A stretch of DNA of 64,000 nucleotides from Candidatus Poribacteria bacterium. Its GTDB lineage: Bacteria > Poribacteria > WGA-4E > WGA-3G. The DNA lies in assembly GCA_963666305.1 (NCBI GenBank), contig OY762722.1:3478432-3542431 (forward strand), given 5' to 3'. Below the pieces are notes generated by a model, which saw nothing but the letters and a program-made list of their open reading frames with translations, did no database searches and was not told the origin of the DNA. Both the position numbers and the translations under genes were made by a program. The number at the start of each line of letters is the position of its first letter. The first letter of the stretch is position 1. This document shows, piece by piece, positions 40,348-48,964 of the stretch.

Positions 40348-41082
40348 TTATGCGGCTGTGTCATCCGCAGGTTCGTATCCAGCAACGTAATGCAGATACA
40401 ACGCCTCGAGATCCTCTTTTAGAATTTCTTCGCGCGTTAGCTCCCGTTCAAGATTGCCTTGCACCAGAATACCGATTCTGTCAGCAACCTCCTTCGCACG
40501 GAAGATGTCGTGTGTAGACATAAAGATAGATTTCCCTTCCTCCTTTAGTTCACGGAGTAGATGCAGGAAATCGGCACCCCCCTTCGGATCCAAGCCGGAG
40601 GTCGGTTCATCAAGCAGGACGGCTTGTGCGTTTTTCATGATCGCAATCGCAATGCCCAAGCGTTGACGCATCCCCTTGGAGAAGGTCTTGACGCGCCGTG
40701 TAAAGGCTTCTTCCGGCAGGCCGACGCGTCCGAGTGTCGCATCGAGCTCCTCGTTTGATATCTTTTTGCGTCCGCCGAGTTTCGCGAAGAAGGACAGATT
40801 TTGCCGTGCTGTAAAGTTGCGATAGAGTTCCACATTCTCAGAAACGTAAGCGAGATGCTTCTTCGCTTCGAGTGGGAACTTCGGAATCTCAATGTCACCT
40901 ATCAATGCAGTGCCGCTTGTCGGTTCGATGAAGTTAAGTAGCATTGAGATGGTCGTGCTTTTCCCGGCACCGTTCGCACCGAGGACGACATAGATTTCAC
41001 CGTCGTCCACTTTCAGGTTCAATTTATTCAAGGCTAAGACACTTTCGTTATAGACTTTCGTAAGATCACGGGTTTCTAACAT
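40348..41082 (-). CDS. ABC transporter ATP-binding protein (ABC-2/CcmA-like)
   Basis: Walker A is GANGAGKST, the signature is FSKGMRQRLGIAIAIM, and Walker B is VLLDEPTSGLDP. It lies immediately downstream of the ABC-2 permease 41254..42696. Confidence 0.85.
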   Translation of the reverse strand: MLETRDLTKVYNESVLALNKLNLKVDDGEIYVVLGANGAGKSTTISMLLNFIEPTSGTALIGDIEIPKFPLEAKKHLAYVSENVELYRNFTARQNLSFFAKLGGRKKISNEELDATLGRVGLPEEAFTRRVKTFSKGMRQRLGIAIAIMKNAQAVLLDEPTSGLDPKGGADFLHLLRELKEEGKSIFMSTHDIFRAKEVADRIGILVQGNLERELTREEILKEDLEALYLHYVAGYEPADDTAA

Positions 41083-41253
41083 GGGTTTCTCCTTAGGTTA
41101 TTTTTTCCGCTTTATAATTAAGGATACAATTTTGAGGCAGAATGGGTGCATCGTGGAATGGTTAAGGGTATCAGTTATCGGTAAAGAGGTTTTCGTTTAG
41201 CCATATCCCTCTTTAACCGAAAACTGAAGACCGACGACCGATAACCACTCACA

Positions 41254-42696
41254 TTAAATATCGGAACGGAAGAACTTCAAAAACGCCACGACTGTGAACA
41301 CCAGTGCGAAAAAACCGAGTAAGAACACATCCACTGCGGAGCGGCGCAATGTGTCCGATAAAGCAGGTTCTATTAACATTGGTGGCGGCAGGATTTCGTC
41401 TGTTTCGGATTCAGAAGAATCATTCACTCGATTCATCACTTGTAGCATCTGTGCCATCGCGTCGTCTGAAATTGTGCTGAAATATGTATCATCAAGTTGA
41501 TCATAGTACCGCTCGCCCGTTTGAAAGTAGGTATCCCTTTTTAACGTGCCGGTTTGTGTGAGGTTCATTGCAAAATAGGTGAGTGAAGACGTTGGTGCGA
41601 TCCGGGAGAGCATCTCACCAACCTGCTCTTGCCGATCCTTTTCGCGTTGATAGTCCCTGTCAATTTTACCCGATTGATTCTGGAACTCCAGTCGAAACTG
41701 TTCATCAATCGGGCCTCTGAGTTTATCCAACCTTTTTTGCGTCTCTGGATCGTTTAGGTTAATACGAACACTACCGCCGCTCTCAAAAGCTAAAGCCATT
41801 TTTTTGTTAATCTTGTCTTGCTTATCTTTCATGAGGTTATTGTGAAGTGCGCTTTTTTCCATATAAACAGCCTGCTGTGTCCGAGTGGGTGCGACGAGTT
41901 TCGCGACGACAAACGCGCCTCGCGGCGCGATCAGCACTGCAAATACCCAAAACGTAAAAGCGACAATGAGCGCAGTCTTGGCGTTGTCGAGATACGTTGA
42001 AATGACGACACCTATCGCAAAAAAGACCGCAATATAGAGCAGCGAGACAAGCGTCAGACCCAGCACCGGCAGTGCAACCTTAAGCTCACCGAGCGGAAAT
42101 CCCTGCCAGACGATTAGGAGCAACCCCAAGAGGAAGGATACCAAAAAGGGAATGACGAACACGATGTATCCACCGATCAGCTTGCTCCACAGAAACACAT
42201 CTCGGGGAAGCGGATTTGACAGATTTATCCGGAGCGTGCCTGCCTCTCTTTCTCCGGCAACAGCATCAAATGTGAACAGAAGTGCCAGCAGGCTGAAAAC
42301 CGTCCCGATAATAAACAGGAAATCAAGGTTCCCGAGTGCATACGCCACGGATGCCTGAGAAATCCCTGCTGAACCTTGTCGAACGCCATTACGCGTCATC
42401 CCAAGATAGGTCGGCAGTGCTTCTTCTAAACCGTTTGCGAAGACGCTCAAAGGTGTAGGTTTGAGGAAGAACTTAGAGACTTCCACGTTTGGGTCCTGTG
42501 CGTTCGGTGGATTCTCCTTTGCTTCTGCGCGTGTGCGTTTTACCGATTCTTGATAATCTGTCACATTCTGGCTATATCTACGATAATTGATGGAAAGGGT
42601 GAGCGGGATGAGCAGCGCACACATCAGCAAGAGTGCGACGAACCGGACGCTGAGAATGTGATGCATAATCTCTTTTTGAATCAATGTCGTTAACAT
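41254..42696 (-). CDS. ABC-2 family transporter permease
   Basis: It is a paralog of 30968..32392 (MLTTLIQKEIMHHILSVRFVALLLMCALLIPLTLS..., with a C-terminal ...AFLKFFRSDI shared). It has multiple TM segments and is paired with the ATPase 40348..41082. Confidence 0.7.
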   Translation of the reverse strand: MLTTLIQKEIMHHILSVRFVALLLMCALLIPLTLSINYRRYSQNVTDYQESVKRTRAEAKENPPNAQDPNVEVSKFFLKPTPLSVFANGLEEALPTYLGMTRNGVRQGSAGISQASVAYALGNLDFLFIIGTVFSLLALLFTFDAVAGEREAGTLRINLSNPLPRDVFLWSKLIGGYIVFVIPFLVSFLLGLLLIVWQGFPLGELKVALPVLGLTLVSLLYIAVFFAIGVVISTYLDNAKTALIVAFTFWVFAVLIAPRGAFVVAKLVAPTRTQQAVYMEKSALHNNLMKDKQDKINKKMALAFESGGSVRINLNDPETQKRLDKLRGPIDEQFRLEFQNQSGKIDRDYQREKDRQEQVGEMLSRIAPTSSLTYFAMNLTQTGTLKRDTYFQTGERYYDQLDDTYFSTISDDAMAQMLQVMNRVNDSSESETDEILPPPMLIEPALSDTLRRSAVDVFLLGFFALVFTVVAFLKFFRSDI

Positions 42697-42771
42697 GGTA
42701 ATTTCTCCTGTGTTTTTTACGTGAGTTCGGTTGCATCTCTTTTACCGAACTCACGTTATTGTAGATTGAAG

Positions 42772-44088
42772 TCAATTGAGGGATAATACGTCAGCGGACA
42801 ACAATACCGATAGCTGCTGGAGTATATCCTGTCCCTCTTCGGTTTTTAGAAATTCTTCTCCGAGTTGCGCTTCAAGTTGCGACTGTAGTTGTACCTTAAT
42901 TTGATCCCCCACCTGCGGTATTGCTTCTTTGAGGATACTCATCCCCATTGGTGTTTGGAGAATGTCTTTTCCGAGTTGTGCTTCAAGCTGAGAAACAATC
43001 TCTTTCTCCAAGGCATTCAGCAGTTGTGGTACGAATTTTTTCAGGACTAATTCTTCAGTTGCCTGCTTGAGTTTTTCTCTACCTTCTTGGGTCTTGAGAA
43101 ACGCGTTTCCGTGTTGTTTACGTAAGTCACGCACAATGTCAGCGAGCGCGGAGAATCCCATTTTGTTGCTATTATAGATGTCTCTTTGCGGACCGTTACG
43201 ATAGAGTTTTCCGCTGAGACTGAGGTTGAGACGATGGTGTTCACAGCGAACGATAGGGACCATATCACCTTCCTGTGTCCACAGCATTTGTTGACCGTCT
43301 TTCTCAGAAGGCCGAATCTCGTAGAGATAGCTGCACGGAAGTGTTGGATCCGCAGCATCTTCGGTGAGAACTCCAGGGACTCCTGCTGTTGGATCTGCTG
43401 GACAAAGGATTACGTTCTTCTCCAAATATTGCGGAGAAAGATCGGAAAGCCATTGTGGGTCTGTATCTGCATTGGAAGTCCTATAGTCATCACGGGCGCG
43501 TTTTATCAGCCTCAAATTTTCTCTGCACGTCTCAATACCTTTGGAAGCCTCAGAACTTTGTTGCGCTGAGAGTGAGGCAAGTTCGTGCGGATAGGCATCT
43601 GCTAAGAGGCACCGGTTTAGGCGAATCAACGCTTCCCCACTTTTCGGGTTTTCTGCGATGAGTACCTGCGTCTGTTCACTGAGTTCAATATTGGCGAACC
43701 GTTGCGTATCGTAGAGAGAACTCCCTTGAAGCAGCTGATTTAGGTCTGAAAGCAATACTTCTTGCTGCTGAGCGGAAGGGGTGCTTGTGCCGTTGTATCC
43801 GAGTAGCACCCACTGCATATCTTCGGACAATTGCGATGCAATCCATTCGGACACCGGTGCACGCGTGTCTTGGAGTTTCACAATCAAACTGCCAGGGTCC
43901 TTAATCGCATCCGCATCCAAGAGGTGCTGAGGTGTGCCTGCATGGAGCGGCGGTTGGATTGCCATTGCCATGAATAGAATTGTGAGCAAGGTTGTCGCAC
44001 AAACGGTTAATTTGTGTAATCTGTGTCGCAAACTAAAAGTTTGCGCTACAATTGGTCTGGAGGGTCGAATCGTTTTTAACATTTTCAA
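42772..44088 (-). CDS. Secreted hypothetical protein with C-terminal amphipathic repeats
   Basis: A long N-terminal signal/anchor is present (TVCATTLLTILFMAMAIQPPLHA). The C-terminal repeats are LEAQLGKDILQT.../LEAQLGEEFLKTEEGQDILQQ. Confidence 0.5.
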   Translation of the reverse strand: MKMLKTIRPSRPIVAQTFSLRHRLHKLTVCATTLLTILFMAMAIQPPLHAGTPQHLLDADAIKDPGSLIVKLQDTRAPVSEWIASQLSEDMQWVLLGYNGTSTPSAQQQEVLLSDLNQLLQGSSLYDTQRFANIELSEQTQVLIAENPKSGEALIRLNRCLLADAYPHELASLSAQQSSEASKGIETCRENLRLIKRARDDYRTSNADTDPQWLSDLSPQYLEKNVILCPADPTAGVPGVLTEDAADPTLPCSYLYEIRPSEKDGQQMLWTQEGDMVPIVRCEHHRLNLSLSGKLYRNGPQRDIYNSNKMGFSALADIVRDLRKQHGNAFLKTQEGREKLKQATEELVLKKFVPQLLNALEKEIVSQLEAQLGKDILQTPMGMSILKEAIPQVGDQIKVQLQSQLEAQLGEEFLKTEEGQDILQQLSVLLSADVLSLN

Positions 44089-44132
44089 AATCTCCTTTTT
44101 TGTTTGTTTTCGGTTTTAACTATCGTTAATTG

Positions 44133-47100
44133 CTAATTAATTTTAAAACGTAACACACCACTGCCAGCGGTACCGACATAAAGCACGTTCTCCTCAACAG
44201 CAAGAGAGGTAATAGGCATTGGGATTTCCGGGGCAACCTGTTCCCACACACCAGTATTCTCTTTCAATCGATACACGTGTCGCTCGCTTGTCCCATACAG
44301 CGTTGTCCCGCCTATTGCAAACCTTTCTATAAGGATAGGCGCGCCTTCTGTATCCGTTGTTGCGTGCCAGTGAACGCCATCATTGGAGAACGCAACTCCC
44401 TTATCGGTCGCGACATAAACGGTGGATCCTGTAAAGGTTACTCCCTTGAAATGTGCAACAGGAAAGGGGAGGCTCGCCGTAACATCGTTCCACGTATTTC
44501 CCTCATCAAACGATTGGAAGAGATGTCCATCCCATTTACCGACGTAGATAGTACTCCCTGAAACCGCAAGGTTGGAAGGGAGGGAATCAGGATTGTTAGC
44601 GCTGTCAATCATATCGACAGGAAGTTCATTGATGAGTCCGGTATTCACCCATTCAGTTGCGCCGGCTTTCCATCTGAAGAGTCTTTGCTCATACTCCATA
44701 TAGTAAGTATCACCACTGACAGCGAAACCCCCGATAACCGACCTCACAATTTCACCCAGGAGCTCCTCTAAGGCCGGACTATAGTCTTCAACAAATGCCT
44801 CCATATCTAAATCTTCAAGGATATTATCTTCAAGGATGTTTTGCTGTCCGTCAGTCTGGTCTGTTACTGGCAGAATTTCCTTGAAACGTTCTTCCATCAG
44901 CTTGGTATAGTCTGTCTCCTTTAAAAATGGCATACCCGGAACAGACGTTAACCGATTATCCTCGGTAGATAAGCGAAAGAGGCGGGGGTGAGGTGTCGTG
45001 TCGTCTATAGCTCTGGCGTAGAGCAGATCGTTGAATCTCACCAACTGAATAATGTTTCCGAGGCTGCTTGGAACAAGTGTCCATGACTCGCCCGCATTAG
45101 ATGAGGTGAGAAGTGTGCCTCCGACGTTAGCATAGAGCACATTCTGCACAGAAACTAAATTCATCACGGCTGTCTTTACCAATCCAGCGTTAAACGGATG
45201 CCACGTTTTGCCGGTATCGGTTGTGCGATAAATCCCGGACTCTCCGTTCCAATAGAAGGTATTTGCATTCAAAGACACGAGCGTGGAAACATCTCCTATG
45301 CCCGGTATACTTGAATCCAAAGTAACCCAGGTGTCCCCTGCGTCATTTGAATAATAACCGTTTCCGTCGTCCACTACGAAAAGGTTGTCTTCCACTGCTA
45401 CCATTTCAAAGATTAAAGTCGTTTTCGTTTCTGCGTCCTTAGGACTCTCCTTGCCATTTTGGGCGGATTCCGGAGCTGCAGGTTCAACCCGAATCGTCAT
45501 GCTAACTTGGGGGGAAGGCTCTGTTTCTGTTTTTTTGTAGTCTAATGTCTGCCACGAATCTCCCAAATCTGTTGAACGGTACAGGGATAGAGATGCCTTC
45601 CATACTATTCGCGCTGGCAGCCCGAACCCAAAATCCTTGTTCACCACCTTGTCCCCCACGGCAACATAGAGTCGATACCCGGCACTTGCCAGTGCGCGGA
45701 TATTGCGGGTCTTATGGTCTTCATCCACCGGTAATAGCGTCCAATCTTCGGAACTACGGCGATACAGTCCAAAATCGGTCCCAACAAATACGACATCTTC
45801 AATAGTAGTGATTGCGCGGATTTCTTTGTTCACCAACTTCTCGCTTACGGGATCCCATGATTTCCCAGCGTCCACGGAACGGAATACGCCATCAACAAGT
45901 CCCAAGTACATTGTAATATCGGTTTGCTCTCCAGGGATCCCATCTGTTATGACGAGGTCAATCAGCTGTCCTTCTGGACGTGTGCCGAGTGAATTCCACG
46001 TCTCGCCTCTGTCCATTGAAGCGAGGACTTCCGTATCAGAAACAACATAGAGGGTATTCTCATGTTCTGTCATTTGCCATGACCCATTGATGGACATGTT
46101 GCTACTGACAAGCCCCCACCGACTTTTATCGTCCGCCAATCTATAGAGATCGGTATCTGTTCCGGCGTAAGAATCGCCGTTAGCTGCGATGAACAGGTTC
46201 TGCACGCTGCCACCTTCGGGGCCCTTTGTTTGGCTCCACTGAGGTTTGGGTGTTGGGACTTCTGCGGTGTCAATAGGCAGCGTAGCAACAAGGGATTCTT
46301 CGGATTTCTGTCCTTCCCCTGGACTTTTACCGGGGAGCACGGAACTTCCTGCTTGACTCCGTATTGCAGGTTTCGCAGGGGAATCGTAAACAAAAACCGC
46401 GTCAATAATTTCAACCGTCGGTTCCGATGTTGCATCTAAATTGTAAGGCTTCTGAAAACGGGAGAGATATTGCGTGCCAACACCCATCAGCAGGAAAAGC
46501 AAAACAGCCGAAGCCGCAGAAAGTGCCAAGGGTGCCACCGGTTTACTCACTGCAGGTGGCGGAACAGGGGACATACGCGAGACTTCCTGCATGATGTTAT
46601 CCGCTAAGGTATCAGGGAGTTGGAAGCTGCCAAGATTCTCCTGAAGCACGTCTTCCTCTTGCCGCAAACGGTTGCGTGCACGACTGAGTCGGCTCTTGAT
46701 GGTGTTCTGGGACACACCGAGAAACTCGGAAATGGATTTGATTGTCATCTCGCCAAGGTAATGCATCATCATCACCGTCCGCTCACTCTCTGGCAGCTTT
46801 TGGAGCAGTTTCTTGACGACTTCACGCCGTGATTCATCGGCATCGGCTGCCTGTTTTTCTGCTACATATCGAGAATATGACACTTTGTCCACCTCATTCG
46901 TATTGTCGGCATCTAAGGATTCCATCGGTAGGCGATTCTTTTTCAGATAGTCGCGACACAGGTTTGCCGCGATAACATAAAGCCATCCTGCAAATTGGTT
47001 ATGGTTTTTCAATGTTCGGAGTTTCTTATACGCGGTGAGGAACGCGTCTTGCGTAATTTCTTGTGCGATATGAAAATCACCGATCTTCCGCCACGCAAGT

Positions 47101-47198
47101 GTGTGAACCCCTTTCTGATATTTCTTGACCAAAGGACTGAGCGCGTCCTGATCTCCCTGTAGTATACGTTGGATGAGTTCAACATCGGTGTGTGCCAT
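44133..47198 (-). CDS. Fused ECF sigma factor - TM - Asp-box beta-propeller protein, paralog 4 (1021 aa)
   Basis: The N-terminus is MAHTDVELIQRILQGDQDALSPLVKKYQKGVHTLAWRKIGDFHIAQEITQDAFLTAYKKL. The HTH is TVMMMHYLGEMTIKSISEFLGVSQNTIKSRLSRARNRL. A TM helix and Asp-boxes (SMDRGETW, SVDAGKSW, STDLGDSW, SNDAGDTW, TTDTGKTW, SSNAGESW, SFDEGNTW) follow. Confidence 0.8.
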   Translation of the reverse strand: MAHTDVELIQRILQGDQDALSPLVKKYQKGVHTLAWRKIGDFHIAQEITQDAFLTAYKKLRTLKNHNQFAGWLYVIAANLCRDYLKKNRLPMESLDADNTNEVDKVSYSRYVAEKQAADADESRREVVKKLLQKLPESERTVMMMHYLGEMTIKSISEFLGVSQNTIKSRLSRARNRLRQEEDVLQENLGSFQLPDTLADNIMQEVSRMSPVPPPAVSKPVAPLALSAASAVLLFLLMGVGTQYLSRFQKPYNLDATSEPTVEIIDAVFVYDSPAKPAIRSQAGSSVLPGKSPGEGQKSEESLVATLPIDTAEVPTPKPQWSQTKGPEGGSVQNLFIAANGDSYAGTDTDLYRLADDKSRWGLVSSNMSINGSWQMTEHENTLYVVSDTEVLASMDRGETWNSLGTRPEGQLIDLVITDGIPGEQTDITMYLGLVDGVFRSVDAGKSWDPVSEKLVNKEIRAITTIEDVVFVGTDFGLYRRSSEDWTLLPVDEDHKTRNIRALASAGYRLYVAVGDKVVNKDFGFGLPARIVWKASLSLYRSTDLGDSWQTLDYKKTETEPSPQVSMTIRVEPAAPESAQNGKESPKDAETKTTLIFEMVAVEDNLFVVDDGNGYYSNDAGDTWVTLDSSIPGIGDVSTLVSLNANTFYWNGESGIYRTTDTGKTWHPFNAGLVKTAVMNLVSVQNVLYANVGGTLLTSSNAGESWTLVPSSLGNIIQLVRFNDLLYARAIDDTTPHPRLFRLSTEDNRLTSVPGMPFLKETDYTKLMEERFKEILPVTDQTDGQQNILEDNILEDLDMEAFVEDYSPALEELLGEIVRSVIGGFAVSGDTYYMEYEQRLFRWKAGATEWVNTGLINELPVDMIDSANNPDSLPSNLAVSGSTIYVGKWDGHLFQSFDEGNTWNDVTASLPFPVAHFKGVTFTGSTVYVATDKGVAFSNDGVHWHATTDTEGAPILIERFAIGGTTLYGTSERHVYRLKENTGVWEQVAPEIPMPITSLAVEENVLYVGTAGSGVLRFKIN

Positions 47199-47304
47199 CG
47201 AAAATCTCCTCCGGAATTATTGCCTTTATGATAGAAGGAACGTAACCTTAAGCAATTCGATTGATGAAACTTTGAAAAATAGTAAGATGTTGCTTCTGTA
47301 AGAT

Positions 47305-48318
47305 TCAGTCCCCAATTTTCATTTTTCCCCACACCGTAGTTAACAACTGTGGTTGTGACGAGACTGGTAAGGCAAACGCCGGATCGAACCAATCCGCGCT
47401 GAAGTTATTACCCCGGTGTGTGAGTTGTTCCGAGATACCTCCGCCCAAAGCGATTTTGAAAAGGTGTGTGGCACCACGGATCCGCTTTACGTAAACGAGT
47501 TCATCCGCCTGCGGTGCCCAGATAGGCGCAGATGTTGCCCCGTCATCTGTAGCAACAATGCGCTGTAGTCCGCTACCATCCCGGTTTACAACATAGATAG
47601 CCGCGGTATCCGCCGCATTTTTGCCTGCTAAGAGATCTGCTATGGGGATCGCATCCAGATTTATCCAGGAAAAGGCTATCTTAGTACTATTGGGGGACCA
47701 GGCGGGGGCGTGCATCAAGATCTCTCCTGGAAGAAGTATCTCTTCCGTATTGGTTTGTAGATTGATAATCTGAATCTTGGGACCCCTGGCTTGGAGCACT
47801 CCCCCAGCATCAAGTGCAAACCCTTCATCGGCAACAAAGGCTATCTCAGAGCCGTCGGGTGACCACGCGGGCCACAAACCATTCGTAAGTTTCGCCTCAT
47901 CTTTCCCATCACTCGAGGCGACGTAGACAGCAAATTTTTTAAATCGGTGATAAGCAAACTGTTTTCCATCGGGCGACCAAGTTGGGTGTTCTCTACCCAC
48001 TAATCTCCGGAATACTTTACGCACGTTTGTCCCATCCGCATCCATAAGGTAGAGATCCTTGACTCCCTGTCGTCGATCGGAGGCAAAAAGAATTTGCTTA
48101 CCTGTTGGCGACCAGACGGGGTTGGTATCGGAGGCACGATGTTGGGTTAAGTTTACCTGCACAGACCCATCTGGGTTCATAATATAAATTTCGGAATTGC
48201 CATCGCGGTTCGATGTAAATGCGATTTTGGCAGTTGCTGGGGCTCCTGCAAAAGCGACACGGATAATTCCAAAAACGAGTAGTACACTGAGTGGATAAAA
48301 AATAGGGTTACATTTCAT
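47305..48318 (-). CDS. Secreted TolB-like (PD40/WD40-like) beta-propeller protein
   Basis: The signal peptide is MKCNPIFYPLSVLLVFGIIRVAFA. PD40-type repeats follow (FTSNRDGNSEIYIMNPDGS, SPTGKQILFASDRR, SPDGKQFAYH, SPDGSEIAFVAD). GGAGG lies 8 nt before the ATG at 48318. Confidence 0.7.
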   Translation of the reverse strand: MKCNPIFYPLSVLLVFGIIRVAFAGAPATAKIAFTSNRDGNSEIYIMNPDGSVQVNLTQHRASDTNPVWSPTGKQILFASDRRQGVKDLYLMDADGTNVRKVFRRLVGREHPTWSPDGKQFAYHRFKKFAVYVASSDGKDEAKLTNGLWPAWSPDGSEIAFVADEGFALDAGGVLQARGPKIQIINLQTNTEEILLPGEILMHAPAWSPNSTKIAFSWINLDAIPIADLLAGKNAADTAAIYVVNRDGSGLQRIVATDDGATSAPIWAPQADELVYVKRIRGATHLFKIALGGGISEQLTHRGNNFSADWFDPAFALPVSSQPQLLTTVWGKMKIGD

Positions 48319-48580
48319 CACTGTTTCCTCCATAGATTATGTCTATCTTCACCTGCATTGAATCAGGATCGCCCCAAAACAGACGAATCCGACTGCAAAG
48401 GTAACTGAAGTTGAATTCACCAAAGTTGTGAACGGAAGGCTCATGATCCTGCGCGGTGGAAACAACCGGGCAGGATAGAGTTGCCGATCTTGAAATAGTC
48501 TCGGTATCACCGAAAGCGAGGTAAGCGATGCCGAATAGCAGCAAACAAACAAGGAGTAGATTAATCATCATAAAGCGCAT
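48308..48580 (-). CDS. Small secreted protein (90 aa) whose 5' region and signal peptide duplicate those of the TlpA-like gene
   Basis: MRFMMINLLLVCLLLFGIAYLAFGDTE aligns with the TlpA-like MRFLMINLFLVCLFLFGIGYLAFGHDE. An AAGGAGA RBS and the same ECF promoter precede it. It overlaps the TolB-like gene start by 11 nt. Confidence 0.45.
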   Translation of the reverse strand: MRFMMINLLLVCLLLFGIAYLAFGDTETISRSATLSCPVVSTAQDHEPSVHNFGEFNFSYLCSRIRLFWGDPDSMQVKIDIIYGGNSDEM

Positions 48581-48659
48581 GGTTTTCTCCTTTTAAGCGG
48601 CAGTTTCATTCGGTTCGCAAAAAACAACTTGGTTGAAATTTAAACATCCAATGATTAGG

Positions 48660-48691
48660 GTGACGACTCTTAGGTACCGAAAGGTTGCATT
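48660..48691 (-). promoter_or_regulatory. ECF-type promoter copy upstream of the small secreted ORF / TolB-like operon
   Basis: In gene orientation: AAATGCAACCTTT-CGGTACCTAAGAGT-CGTCAC. Confidence 0.6.
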
Positions 48692-48964
48692 TTTTTAGAA
48701 AAAAGTGAAAAATCATAGGACTTCCGTAGATATACTTTCAAAACGCGGGTATTTCCAAAAACAGCGGGGTTTGTAGTAGCGCAATTCATTGCGCTTTGCG
48801 TAAACCCTAAATGAAATAAATCTTGATTCAGGCAACAAAAAAGGGAACCGGTAAAACTAGCTCCCTTTTAACATTTATTGGACTTCGGAATCTACGCTGA
48901 TAGTCCCGCGACTGCTAAATGGCAAATCCCTGATCTAAATTGCGCATCGTTCCAATCTTTGCCG

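Noticed and set aside
47199-47290. Expected eighth intact ECF promoter upstream of fused sigma paralog 4
   Set aside because: Only a degenerate relative is present (-10 CGTTCC, -35-like TCAATC). It is not listed as a feature but is noted in the findings.
48349-48552. Alternative-frame 67-aa ORF overlapping the small secreted ORF
   Set aside because: It is in a different frame from the ORF that carries the conserved signal peptide and RBS.
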